From: Patescibacteria group bacterium
GTDB taxonomy: Bacteria; Patescibacteriota; Patescibacteriia; Patescibacteriales; WJLG01
DNA length: 64,000 bases
Direction: 5' to 3'
Assembly: GCA_041652555.1 (NCBI GenBank)
Contig: JBAZHE010000004.1
Location: 657 to 64,656 of the forward strand
Shown here: positions 33,306 to 42,818 of the stretch, one piece after another
Position numbering within the stretch: position 1 is the stretch's first letter
Layout of the letters: each line of letters opens with the position of its first letter
Translations under genes and position numbers: made by a program
The notes under the pieces: generated by a model
The model's database searches: none
The model's input: only the letters and a program-made list of their open reading frames with translations
What the model was told of the DNA's origin: nothing

Positions 33306-35432
33306 TTATTTTATCATTTTAATAAACTCTTCTTCGTTCAAAACTTTAACACCAAGCTTCTGCGCTTTATCAAATTTACTTCCCGCTTCGGCGCCGGTGA
33401 CAACAAAAGAGGTTTTTTTGCTGACGGATTCTGAGACTTCTCCCCCTAATTTTCTTATATTATCTTTTGCTTCGTCCCTTGTCAAACCGGACAAAGAACC
33501 GGTTAAAACAAAGGATTTGCCTGATAATTTTCCGCCACCGGATAAACGTTCTTCGTTTTTAAGCGATACCCTATTTTTTTCCAATTTTTCCAAAATCGCT
33601 AAATTTTTCTCATTATGCCACCAAGAAAAAACACTCTCCGCCACTATCGGGCCAATATCTTTCATATTCTCAATTTCTTCTAGAGATAGGTTGGAAAAAA
33701 AACATAAAACATCTTTAATTTTAAATACGCCAAGCGACACACCCCGTCTCGCTCCGCTCGCCACCCCTCTTTCTAGAGGGGATTTTAAAAATTCTTTGGA
33801 AATTGTGATCGCTGTTTCTTCGCCAACGTGACGAATGCCAAGACCAAAAATAAATCTAGAAATATCAATTTCACGATGAGCATTAATTGATTCAATAATA
33901 TTTTGTGCCTTTTTTTCCGCAAAACGTTCTAAAGGCTTTAAGTCGCCCTCGGTTAAAAAATAAAAATCAGCCACGTCAGACACTAAGCCTTCTTTAAATA
34001 ATTGCTCCACGATTTTTTTGCCCAAACCTTCAATATCTACGGCGTTTTTAGAAGTCCAATGAGTTAAATTGCGCAAACGAACGGCAAAACAATTACGATT
34101 CAAACAACGATAAGCAACTTCTTCACCAACACGCTCCACGTCTCCGCCACAAATCTGACAAGTTTTAGGAACGGATATTTTTTTTTCAATACCAGTGCGT
34201 AATTTCGGTAAAACTTGGACGACTTTTGGAATTACATCGCCAGCACGCTCAATAATTACCGTATCGCCAATCTTCAAATCCAAACGTTCAATCTCATTCA
34301 TATTATGCAAAGTAGCATGTGTTACGGTGATACCTGAAACGTCCACCGGCTCCAACTCCGCCACTGGTGTTAAAATTCCAGTGCGACCAACTTGCCAATT
34401 AACCTTTTTCACTACTGTCGTTGTTTGAATGGCTGGAAATTTAAAAGCCATTATATAGCGCGGACCTTTACCAATAATACCCAAAATATTCCAATCAGCC
34501 AAATAATTTATTTTTACTACTGTACCATCTATTTCAAAAGGTAATTTTTCCCGCGCTTCGCCGATTTCGCGATAAAAAGAAAAGGCCTCTTCTAAATTTT
34601 TACAAACTCGATTTTCTTTAATCGTCTTTAAGCCTAAAAGATTTAAAATTTCTCTTTTCTGACTATGTTTTTCCAGCCCAAAATCACCAATAACTTCATA
34701 AGCATAAAAATCTAATTCTCGTTCGGCCGTAATTTTTGAATCTAGCTGGCGGATTGACCCGGCGGCACCGTTACGTGGGTTAGCCAAGGGCGGTTTGCCT
34801 TCTTTTTGGTATTTTTTATTCAACTTGACAAAAACTTTTTTTGTCATCACTACTTCGCCACGGACAAAAATTTCTTTGGATAAAGATTGAATTATTTTTT
34901 TTGCTTGTTCTGAAGATAAACCAATTTTTTTCAAATCATTTTCTGAAATTTTATTTAATGACAAAGGAATCGCTTCGATAGTTTTTAAATTTTTTGTAAC
35001 ATTTTCACCGATTTGACCGTCACCGCGTGTCGCCCCTTGAACAAAAAGACCATTCTTATATTTTAAACTCATCGCCAATCCATCAGCTTTTAACTCCACA
35101 AAATATTCATATTTTTTATTGAGAATATTGTTATTTCTTTTTTCCCAGTTGCGCATATCCTGTTCATTAAAAGAATCAAAAAGAGAAATCATCGGCACCG
35201 TATGGCGAACTTTTTCAAATTTATCCAAAGGCACCCCACCCACTCTCTGAGTTGGCGAATCAGACGTAACTAATTCCGGATTCTCTTGTTCTAATTTCTG
35301 CAATTCATTTTTCAAGGAATCTAAAGCCGCATCGGGAATCTCCGATTTGTCCAAAACATGATAAGCATAACGATAACGGTTGATTTCCGCACGAAGATTT
35401 TCTATACGCAATTGAATTTGCTGTTTATTCAT
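33306..35432 (-). CDS. ligA: NAD-dependent DNA ligase LigA (with about 20-aa in-frame repeat-derived insertion)
   Basis: Adenylation motif ELKADGLA. OB fold. Zn finger (CQICGGDVERVGEEVAYRCLNRNC). HhH region. BRCT (GKSFVLTGSLSGLTRDEAKDNIRKLGGEVS). Confidence 0.92.
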   Translation of the reverse strand: MNKQQIQLRIENLRAEINRYRYAYHVLDKSEIPDAALDSLKNELQKLEQENPELVTSDSPTQRVGGVPLDKFEKVRHTVPMISLFDSFNEQDMRNWEKRNNNILNKKYEYFVELKADGLAMSLKYKNGLFVQGATRGDGQIGENVTKNLKTIEAIPLSLNKISENDLKKIGLSSEQAKKIIQSLSKEIFVRGEVVMTKKVFVKLNKKYQKEGKPPLANPRNGAAGSIRQLDSKITAERELDFYAYEVIGDFGLEKHSQKREILNLLGLKTIKENRVCKNLEEAFSFYREIGEAREKLPFEIDGTVVKINYLADWNILGIIGKGPRYIMAFKFPAIQTTTVVKKVNWQVGRTGILTPVAELEPVDVSGITVTHATLHNMNEIERLDLKIGDTVIIERAGDVIPKVVQVLPKLRTGIEKKISVPKTCQICGGDVERVGEEVAYRCLNRNCFAVRLRNLTHWTSKNAVDIEGLGKKIVEQLFKEGLVSDVADFYFLTEGDLKPLERFAEKKAQNIIESINAHREIDISRFIFGLGIRHVGEETAITISKEFLKSPLERGVASGARRGVSLGVFKIKDVLCFFSNLSLEEIENMKDIGPIVAESVFSWWHNEKNLAILEKLEKNRVSLKNEERLSGGGKLSGKSFVLTGSLSGLTRDEAKDNIRKLGGEVSESVSKKTSFVVTGAEAGSKFDKAQKLGVKVLNEEEFIKMIK
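33737..33785. repeat. Palindromic ~50-nt element, copy inside the ligA coding sequence
   Basis: Same three blocks as 3048-3097, with hairpin CCCCTCT-ttct-AGAGGGG. Translated in frame as KSPLERGVASGARRGVSLG. Confidence 0.7.
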
Positions 35433-35497
35433 ACCTATATTTTACCAAAAAACCGCCAGAATTTCCAGCGGCTTTTAACTTAACAAAGTTTTAAATA

Positions 35498-35797
35498 CTA
35501 CTTTTTGACTGGAGTTTGCTCTGTGGCAGAGTTATTTTGAGCTTCTTGAGCCTGTTTTAAGCATTCCACACTCACAATACTCATAGTCTTGTTTTCACCT
35601 AGATTAAGGGGCACTTCCTGACATTTCTCAGCCTGAGCGCCAACATCCAAAATAGCTTGAGAATAGCCGCTCCTAGCTGCGTTATTAAGTTGATTAACCT
35701 TAAAATCACTCCAAATGTCCCAGCCGATATAACCTAAGGAAAAAATTACCCAAAGAATCGCTACCGCGAGAATAACTAACTTCTTACTAATCTTCAT
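35498..35797 (-). CDS. Small N-terminally anchored hypothetical protein
   Basis: ORF track; TM LVILAVAILWVIFSLGYIGW. Confidence 0.5.
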   Translation of the reverse strand: MKISKKLVILAVAILWVIFSLGYIGWDIWSDFKVNQLNNAARSGYSQAILDVGAQAEKCQEVPLNLGENKTMSIVSVECLKQAQEAQNNSATEQTPVKK

Positions 35798-35861
35798 AGA
35801 TTTTTTGTTAATATTATTAATATATTTAAATTATACAACACTCTTTTAAAAAAATCAACCC

Positions 35862-36239
35862 TTAAAAATCCAGTTGAATTTCAACCGTCCTTTTTAGATT
35901 TTCATATTCGCCGGTTGATCTTAAAATAACCACTGGACTAATCGCCCGATCAACGCGATAAAATGAGCTGTTGAGCAAGCTACCGGAAAAAAGATTAATC
36001 GTGCCAGAAGGTGGCGCTGTAATATCCCAACCGTTTTTACGCCATTCCCATAAAGTCCTCTCTATGCCGGACTCGGCGGCAAAATAGGCTTTAGTTGATC
36101 TAGCTTGCGTGCCGCTCATTTTTACACCGGAAACTATTATTTTAGCAGACGCCAAAGAAATCATAATGACAATACTTAAAATCAAAAGTGTCATTAGCAA
36201 AGCGGTGCCTGACTGGCAATATTTAATATTTTTATTCAT
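35862..36239 (-). CDS. PilX-like minor pilin
   Basis: QSGTALLMTLLILSIVIMISL then STKAYFAAESGIERTLWEW (PilX_N-like). Confidence 0.55.
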   Translation of the reverse strand: MNKNIKYCQSGTALLMTLLILSIVIMISLASAKIIVSGVKMSGTQARSTKAYFAAESGIERTLWEWRKNGWDITAPPSGTINLFSGSLLNSSFYRVDRAISPVVILRSTGEYENLKRTVEIQLDF

Positions 36240-36765
36240 AAAAACGGGAAGATAAACTTGTTTGCACGATCATTGTTTGCGTTTGACCGCCCTTGGCGGT
36301 TATCATCATCTGAAAACGTAATAAAACTCGCGGTTGAGATCCGGCAACGGCACCATCTAAACGATATTTTAAGCCGGAAATATTTAAATTGGGTGGGGTT
36401 ATATACTGCGCCGCACCAGAATCCTCTTGACGAGACAAGCGACCAGAAGAAATAAAATAACGCACGCATCGGCCATGATAATTATAAAAAGTAAGTTCAT
36501 CTTTGGCAGCGTTAAGCTTATAAATTTTCCCAGCATCAACACAAAGGCCGGTATTATCTCTCATTGCCATACGCACCTCCTTAGACATTTTATCAAAAGT
36601 ATAGCGGATACTTTCCTGCATATCCTGCGAAGCGATTGTTAAGCGCTGACTATTTATAACCATCTGAAAAATTTGAGTGGTTACCAAAAGGATGATCACG
36701 AATATCGTCACCGAAACCATCAGCTCTATAAGAGTAACGCCAGATTGAAATTTTGAATTTCTCAT
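36232..36765 (-). CDS. Type IV pilin-like / pseudopilin protein
   Basis: Class III signal: KFQSGVTLIELMVSVTIFVIILL. Confidence 0.65.
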   Translation of the reverse strand: MRNSKFQSGVTLIELMVSVTIFVIILLVTTQIFQMVINSQRLTIASQDMQESIRYTFDKMSKEVRMAMRDNTGLCVDAGKIYKLNAAKDELTFYNYHGRCVRYFISSGRLSRQEDSGAAQYITPPNLNISGLKYRLDGAVAGSQPRVLLRFQMMITAKGGQTQTMIVQTSLSSRFYE

Positions 36766-36782
36766 TTTATTATAAACATATT

Positions 36783-37307
36783 TTATCTCCAGTCATACAA
36801 AACCGTCTGGGTAATAAAATGATGGATATTTTGACCAGTCTGCCATTGCACTGCGCACTCCAAAGTAGTGGAAGCGGCGGTTTCAGTCTTGACAGTTATG
36901 GTTCTGGAAAAAGCTGTGGTTATAGCTGTTCCTGGAGTCACTAAATGGCGATAAAAACTATTGCTGTCAATATAAAGTTTAGCTAAAGGATCGTTTATAT
37001 TCGTAACATTGGTTATCCCCATATAATCAATAGCGTAAGTTCCATCCTGAATAATATTAGTAGCAGAGTTAATGCCAGTTTTCCAATTATTTCCAGCTAG
37101 CCAATTATTATCGCGAATATTTCGGCAAAGTTCCAAAGATTCTTGGCAAAGCTGGGAAGCGATAATATTATTGTGATTAATATAGCCGACTTGAACATTC
37201 TGATTAACTAAGGACATCACCCCCAAGAGGCCGAAAGAAATAATAAAAATTACCGCCAAAACTTCCATAATAGTAAACCCTTGCTGAAATTTTAAATTTT
37301 TTATCAT
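36783..37307 (-). CDS. Type IV pilin-like / pseudopilin protein
   Basis: MIKNLKFQQGFTIMEVLAVIFIISFGLLG. ATG at 37307 is preferred over the track start at 37325. Confidence 0.65.
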   Translation of the reverse strand: MIKNLKFQQGFTIMEVLAVIFIISFGLLGVMSLVNQNVQVGYINHNNIIASQLCQESLELCRNIRDNNWLAGNNWKTGINSATNIIQDGTYAIDYMGITNVTNINDPLAKLYIDSNSFYRHLVTPGTAITTAFSRTITVKTETAASTTLECAVQWQTGQNIHHFITQTVLYDWR

Positions 37308-37345
37308 AAATATTTTAATACCCACTTCCTAATTAATACTCACTG

Positions 37346-37915
37346 CTATTGCACCTCTATCAAACCAAAAGAATTGACTTTGATTGTACTAATTGAATTA
37401 TCAGTTGACTCACGCAAAACAATAGACCCAAACGTCGTCGTAGCTGGAGAAAAGGAAGAACTATAAATATTGGTTGTCGGATCCGGCGGAACAAAAGTTA
37501 TATTCAAACGATTTGTTGTGCTTACATTAAATTTTAAATCACTAATAGAAATATTAATCGGCAAATCTACTGTTGACCCCCCATATCCAGTTATTGCCTC
37601 GCCGGCATCATAGATTTTATTATTATTAAGATCGGCAAAAACCAAATATCTTTTATCATTAACGCTTCTATCAAAATAAACTCCCCAGCCACCCGCCGGA
37701 ACCGAATTATTATATTCCGCCGACCCCAGGCCTTTACTTTGTGCCAACCTAATATCACTAGCCATTTTCTGCGCCGCCAAAGACAATTCCAGCTGACGCG
37801 AACCGCCACGATAATTAGTAATAAAAATGCTCATTAAAAAAGCAATAATGCTCACACTAACCAGCAATTCTATCATGGTAAAGCCCTTTTGAAATTTAAA
37901 AAAATTAACAATCAT
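37346..37915 (-). CDS. Type IV pilin-like / pseudopilin protein
   Basis: MIVNFFKFQKGFTMIELLVSVSIIAFLMSI. ATG at 37915 is preferred over the track start at 37945. Confidence 0.65.
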   Translation of the reverse strand: MIVNFFKFQKGFTMIELLVSVSIIAFLMSIFITNYRGGSRQLELSLAAQKMASDIRLAQSKGLGSAEYNNSVPAGGWGVYFDRSVNDKRYLVFADLNNNKIYDAGEAITGYGGSTVDLPINISISDLKFNVSTTNRLNITFVPPDPTTNIYSSSFSPATTTFGSIVLRESTDNSISTIKVNSFGLIEVQ

Positions 37916-37920
37916 AATTT

Positions 37921-39294
37921 TTATTCCGGTTTTGCTTCCCGCCAAGTCGGCAAAATATCAACAAAAAAATTATTAGTGGAAGTGCAATTATACCCACTAG
38001 GACCAGTAACATTAAGACTGGCAGAATTATTACCATATTGAAAAACTATTCCGGTTAATGACGAAATGGGAGTATAAATAATTTTATCTCCAACGGCACT
38101 CCAGTGCCAAGAACATAAAGCTTCGGTACAAGCGACGGGCGTAGATGGCGCAGAAGAGCGATAAATAAAAGAGGCGTCAGTAAATGTCGCAACCTCATTG
38201 GCTAATGGTTCAAGCGGTAACCAGGCAAAAGAAACATCGGGAAATTCATTACTATAAGTAGTAAAAGTATAAAGTGGTTCTGGAGAAAGAGTCGCATTGC
38301 TCGCGATATTATCGGTTAAAGTACTAGAGCCAGTGCCAGTATAAAATTGGTACCAATCCGAAGAAAAACCGAAAGAATCCCAAACCTTCACCCACCAATA
38401 ATACGAAGTGGCATAATTAAACAACGAGCTAGTAGTAGCATATTGTTCGGCGGAAGACATTCTTTTCCCCGTATCAATAAGCGGACTAACGCGAGTATTA
38501 GAAGTATTAATGACTACTTGATAGGCGGTTTGCGCGTCTAGCGGTTCGTCGGCATCTTCCATATCCCAAGATAAAACAGCACCATTAGTAACAACACAAG
38601 CGTCTTCATAATTCCAATTTGGCGCCGCCAGATTGTCTACTGCTGGAAAATGCACGCCGTTCAACGCGACAGCATAAGAAGCTGTTCCGCAGGAAGAATT
38701 ATTAGCACAATTAAAGCTTATCCAGCCAATACCAGAACCATCGGAATTTCCATTCCAAGCCCAGCCCTTAAATTCACCGTTAGTGGAAAAGATGTCGACG
38801 TAAACCCCATAAGCCGGAGAAAAAGTTTCATCGCGTAATTTTATCCAACCATCATTGCCAAGCGACAAAATTTTCGCCCAACCCCAAATTTTTCCGGTTT
38901 CCGGATCAAGACAGGCAGTACAATGAGCGAATGAATCGCAGAGTCCAGAACAGTTAGCGGCAAAAGCATAAGCATCCGGTGGCGCATCGGTTTCTTCAAA
39001 ACTTATCCAACCAACATTAGAATTCCAAGCATAACCGGAAAAATTTTTATTGGCTGGGGAAGTATTTACATCAACCCCGTAGTCAGCCGTAGCGCAGGAA
39101 GAATTATTAATACAATTAAAACTAGTCCAGCCAACTGAAGAACTCCAAGTCCAACCGGTTGTCTTATCGGCCGAGCCAGCTGAAATTGGAGAACCGCCAC
39201 GAAAAAACAAAAAACTGACAATAATGGCAATGAAAAATACCAAAATAAGTCTAGATCTTTTCGCCCTATAGTTTAGAGATAAAAATTTAGTCAT
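37921..39294 (-). CDS. Anchored GW(I/T)SF-repeat protein heading the pseudopilin operon
   Basis: TM LILVFFIAIIVSFLFF. GWTWSSSVGWTSFNC, GYAWNSNVGWISFEE, GWAWNGNSDGSGIGWISFNC: the same repeat type as ORF 12352-13719. Confidence 0.55.
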   Translation of the reverse strand: MTKFLSLNYRAKRSRLILVFFIAIIVSFLFFRGGSPISAGSADKTTGWTWSSSVGWTSFNCINNSSCATADYGVDVNTSPANKNFSGYAWNSNVGWISFEETDAPPDAYAFAANCSGLCDSFAHCTACLDPETGKIWGWAKILSLGNDGWIKLRDETFSPAYGVYVDIFSTNGEFKGWAWNGNSDGSGIGWISFNCANNSSCGTASYAVALNGVHFPAVDNLAAPNWNYEDACVVTNGAVLSWDMEDADEPLDAQTAYQVVINTSNTRVSPLIDTGKRMSSAEQYATTSSLFNYATSYYWWVKVWDSFGFSSDWYQFYTGTGSSTLTDNIASNATLSPEPLYTFTTYSNEFPDVSFAWLPLEPLANEVATFTDASFIYRSSAPSTPVACTEALCSWHWSAVGDKIIYTPISSLTGIVFQYGNNSASLNVTGPSGYNCTSTNNFFVDILPTWREAKPE

Positions 39295-39407
39295 TTCGTT
39301 AATACTCTACATTTAAATTATAACACAATAATGGCAATAAAAAAAACGGCTGGCATATATCCGCCAAAACCGTTTTTTTTCTTGCGTTAAATTTATGTCA
39401 GCAATAA

Positions 39408-40151
39408 TTACTCCACAACGGTCGGCGCCACTTCAGCAGAATTAGCTTCTTCAGCCATTTCTGTTAATTCTATTTTTATAGCATTGAATTTACTTTTTTC
39501 GGAAATATCTTCATCAGCCCAGGCCGTAATTTTTATCTTGCCTTTTAAATCAGCAATTTTTCCAGTAAAAATAATTGTTTGACCCATTTTTTCTTTATAA
39601 ATTTTAGGAATCTCTACCGTTAATCTTTCTAATTCGGCCTTGGCTTCAAAACAAATGCTTTCTTTTATTTCTTCTGGACTACAAAGGGAGATATTTTTTT
39701 TAAGATCAGCCGCTCTTTTTTCTAAAGGCTCAAGCAAGATGCTACCTTCTTGATTATCTTTTTTAAGTTCTTCTCTGTTTTTTTCTTTTTTAAGAACAAT
39801 TTCTGTCTCATCCGTAATCACCGCCGTTCTAACTTTAAGACCATCTGAAAGAAGTGGATTTGGCAGAGGGGCGGTAAAAATAATTTCTTGGCCACTTATT
39901 TTAATCGCTTCTCCGGACAAAAATTTAATTTCTTCTTTACCTAAAAGTCCAGAAGCGATTAATTTATTTTTTGCTTCAGCCATAAATTTTTCGGAAGAGG
40001 CACATGACAAAGAACAAACTGCTTTATTTTTTAAAGTTGAAATTAAGACCACGCCAAGAGCAAAACCAACAATCAAAGAAGCTATAATGATAATAACAAT
40101 TATAAGCGGTGAACCGCCATAACAATTGCTTATTTTATTTTTTTTAAGCAT
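39408..40151 (-). CDS. N-terminally anchored hypothetical protein
   Basis: ORF track; TM LIIVIIIIASLIVGFALGVVLI. Confidence 0.5.
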   Translation of the reverse strand: MLKKNKISNCYGGSPLIIVIIIIASLIVGFALGVVLISTLKNKAVCSLSCASSEKFMAEAKNKLIASGLLGKEEIKFLSGEAIKISGQEIIFTAPLPNPLLSDGLKVRTAVITDETEIVLKKEKNREELKKDNQEGSILLEPLEKRAADLKKNISLCSPEEIKESICFEAKAELERLTVEIPKIYKEKMGQTIIFTGKIADLKGKIKITAWADEDISEKSKFNAIKIELTEMAEEANSAEVAPTVVE

Positions 40152-40170
40152 ATTTTTATTTTTTAATTAC

Positions 40171-42624
40171 TTATTTACATTGATTAGCCTCCAGCACTTC
40201 TACCCTGGCCTTTAATTCTTTAATCGCTTCTATTAAGTAAGCATTAAAATCAGCTGGAAAACCAATGCTATAAGCCTTGCCGTTGGCATCAACCAAGTCT
40301 TTATCTTTACCAGAAGCGTCTATCTCTGTCACCCATTGCGGAAACACCTCTTTAAGATTTTGCGCCATAACACTAGCCCGCACACCAGTTTCACCGGCAT
40401 GCTCTTCGGGATTTATCCAATGATAAGTCATGCCGTTTAATTGACTTAATTTTTCCAAGGCTTCTTTCCCGTTTATCTGGCCTATATCGGTCTTTAAACG
40501 CTGATCTGAAGTATTTGACCAAGATCCACCATTTGGTTTACCAGCAGAGTCGCTTCCAAGTTGCAGTTGATAGCTCGGGCTTGACACGCCAATACCAACA
40601 TAACCACTATAATATGGATAGCTTTTCATAAAAACAAATTCTTTACCCCAAAAAGCCATACGATCGTCGCTACTCTCTTCTCCAATAGTACAGAAGTCGC
40701 CATCTCCAAATTGGATAGTGGAATTACTAGACCATGGTGTATTTGGACCAACCTTAATTGTAGTATTTCCACTGCTAGAAACATGAAGTTTTGCGACAGG
40801 ATTATCTGTTCCAATGCCGACACTGCCATCTGTTTTTATATACATCTTCCCTCCATTTGCAGTACCAATATAAAGAGGGTGGTTTGTTATAGTACCAATC
40901 CATCCATATGTAAGTTCTGACAAAACCACCGTTTCAACAGCACTACTAGTTCCTCCTGTAACTTTTAACTGAGTGGGGCCAGAATTATAAATCTCAATTT
41001 TTGAATCAGGATTATTAGTTCCTACGCCGACATTGCCGGCAAAATAACTTTTTGGACCTTTACCGTAAAAATCATAACCAGTATCAGAAGTTGCTTCTAC
41101 TCCTTTGCCACCATTTGAGGCATACCCTTGTACTCCGGCGCCACTGGATTCAATAGAAGAGGCTTGAATACCATAAAGGCGACCAACAGCCGTAATCGCA
41201 TCAGCCGATGACCCTGCTTCAACTTGCACTTTAGTACACGTAGAACAAATAGATGCTGTCCCGATTCCGACACTGCCTGAAGTATTAATATTTAAACCCT
41301 GAGCCGAGCCACCATTATAAGCAATGCGAAAGAGATTTGAAGCACCATTATCAACTAAAATATTCCACCTATTAGAGCCATCATTACTATAAAGATTTAA
41401 TTGATCTTCCCAACCACTCCCTTGAGCAACAATTTTAGTTGCTCCTCGTACATCCAATTTTGCATTAGGACCAGTCGTCCCGATACCAATATTACCATTT
41501 GTTCCTATATACATCTTTCCATTATAGTTAGCACCAATATAAAGAGGATGATTTGTTTGAGTCCCAATCCATCCATAGGCATTTTCTGATAAAACTACCG
41601 TTTCAACGGCGCTACTACTCCCTCCTGTAACTTTTAATTGAGTAGCACCTGTACCATACACCTCAACTTTAGAATCTGGACTAGCAGTTCCGATACCGAC
41701 GTTGCCAGTGTTGTAATATATAGAAGTTCCATTTACACCAAATACATTATGAGCAATAATACTCTGATCAGATCCATTGCCAGTAGCAGTTGTTGAACCA
41801 CTAAGAACGGAACAGGTTCCTTTTAACTGCTCAACGCTGGTTATATTTATATTTCTACCTGTAGAATATAAAACTTTTTCCATCCAAACATCTCCATTGG
41901 AGTCTGCTGAAAAGGAAACATCATAAGAATGTTCGTGGATTTTCACACCATCTCTTGTGATTAACGGTATTGTAGTCAATTTCCTGGATACATATAATTC
42001 AGTCGGTTGAAAATAACTATTTTCCGAGCTAGACATTACCACTTTACACAAAGAATTCTGTGCTATATTTAAAAACGCAACTTTAGTCCCCTGAGCAGGT
42101 AAAGTTAGTGTTACTGAATTAACTGCGATAATTTTCTTGCCCGTTCCACCAATTGTTATATCTCCATTTACTCTAAAATCACCATTTACATCAAATTTTT
42201 TTCCTGGTGTCGCTGTCCCAATGCCGACGTTGCCGTTGTTGTTATAAATATTCTGGCTGACCGCCCAAGAGGTTCCATCGGAATATAAGGTGCTTCCAGC
42301 CGCACCGACAGCTGGCATACTACCGCCCGGAGCAATGCAATTCGCGCCATTGATGTCGCAAAAAGAGCTGGCGGAATAAACTTTACCGTTTTGATCAACG
42401 CGAAATTTGTCAATTCCAAGTCTTTGAAGAAGCATTAAGCTACCTAATGGAGGATTAGTCGGTCCGGCATTGCCATAATAAATATTCTGACTAACCGCGT
42501 CCTTTATATCGGCATTAACAACTATGCCAACATTTTGAGCCAAGACTGGCGACAGCGGCATTACAGCCGTGACTAAGAGAATGGCAAAAAATAAAAAATT
42601 TCGCCCAAGATTTCTTTTTTTCAT
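40171..42624 (-). CDS. Tail-fibre-like surface protein with C-terminal S74-type intramolecular chaperone autoprocessing domain
   Basis: Signal peptide. Repeated GNVGIGTA(T/S)P..K..V motifs. An ~85-aa internal duplication. C-terminal SDQRLKTDIGQINGKEALEKLSQLNGMTYHW (SD.RLK signature of the endosialidase / tail-spike chaperone domain). Confidence 0.7.
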   Translation of the reverse strand: MKKRNLGRNFLFFAILLVTAVMPLSPVLAQNVGIVVNADIKDAVSQNIYYGNAGPTNPPLGSLMLLQRLGIDKFRVDQNGKVYSASSFCDINGANCIAPGGSMPAVGAAGSTLYSDGTSWAVSQNIYNNNGNVGIGTATPGKKFDVNGDFRVNGDITIGGTGKKIIAVNSVTLTLPAQGTKVAFLNIAQNSLCKVVMSSSENSYFQPTELYVSRKLTTIPLITRDGVKIHEHSYDVSFSADSNGDVWMEKVLYSTGRNINITSVEQLKGTCSVLSGSTTATGNGSDQSIIAHNVFGVNGTSIYYNTGNVGIGTASPDSKVEVYGTGATQLKVTGGSSSAVETVVLSENAYGWIGTQTNHPLYIGANYNGKMYIGTNGNIGIGTTGPNAKLDVRGATKIVAQGSGWEDQLNLYSNDGSNRWNILVDNGASNLFRIAYNGGSAQGLNINTSGSVGIGTASICSTCTKVQVEAGSSADAITAVGRLYGIQASSIESSGAGVQGYASNGGKGVEATSDTGYDFYGKGPKSYFAGNVGVGTNNPDSKIEIYNSGPTQLKVTGGTSSAVETVVLSELTYGWIGTITNHPLYIGTANGGKMYIKTDGSVGIGTDNPVAKLHVSSSGNTTIKVGPNTPWSSNSTIQFGDGDFCTIGEESSDDRMAFWGKEFVFMKSYPYYSGYVGIGVSSPSYQLQLGSDSAGKPNGGSWSNTSDQRLKTDIGQINGKEALEKLSQLNGMTYHWINPEEHAGETGVRASVMAQNLKEVFPQWVTEIDASGKDKDLVDANGKAYSIGFPADFNAYLIEAIKELKARVEVLEANQCK

Positions 42625-42670
42625 AAAAAATAAAAAATTAATTTTTCTTTAAAAAATGATAAGATACTTT

Positions 42671-42728
42671 ATATCTCTTTTTTAACATATTAAAATTATA
42701 CATCTTTTTAAAAAAACAGGCAAATAAA
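42671..42728 (-). promoter_or_regulatory. Duplicated promoter module (left copy) upstream of the tail-fibre-like gene
   Basis: 31-nt perfect identity (42671-42701 = 45111-45141), with similarity extending to about 58 nt. Minus strand TTGCCT-17-TATAAT, then ATG 6 nt later opening a 16-codon mini-ORF MLKKRYKVSYHFLKKN*. Confidence 0.55.
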
Positions 42729-42818
42729 AAAACGGTTAGCGACATGCCAACCGTTTAATGTACTATCACGACAATTGAAAAATTCTGCAACAAAATTCTC
42801 AAGTGCCGAAAATAAAGA

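Noticed and set aside
36236-36642. Overlapping alternative-frame ORFs inside the pseudopilin gene (36236-36469, 36258-36455, 36427-36642), plus the many similar antisense ORFs across the window
   Set aside because: They are nested within longer ORFs that carry recognisable motifs, and they lack start context.
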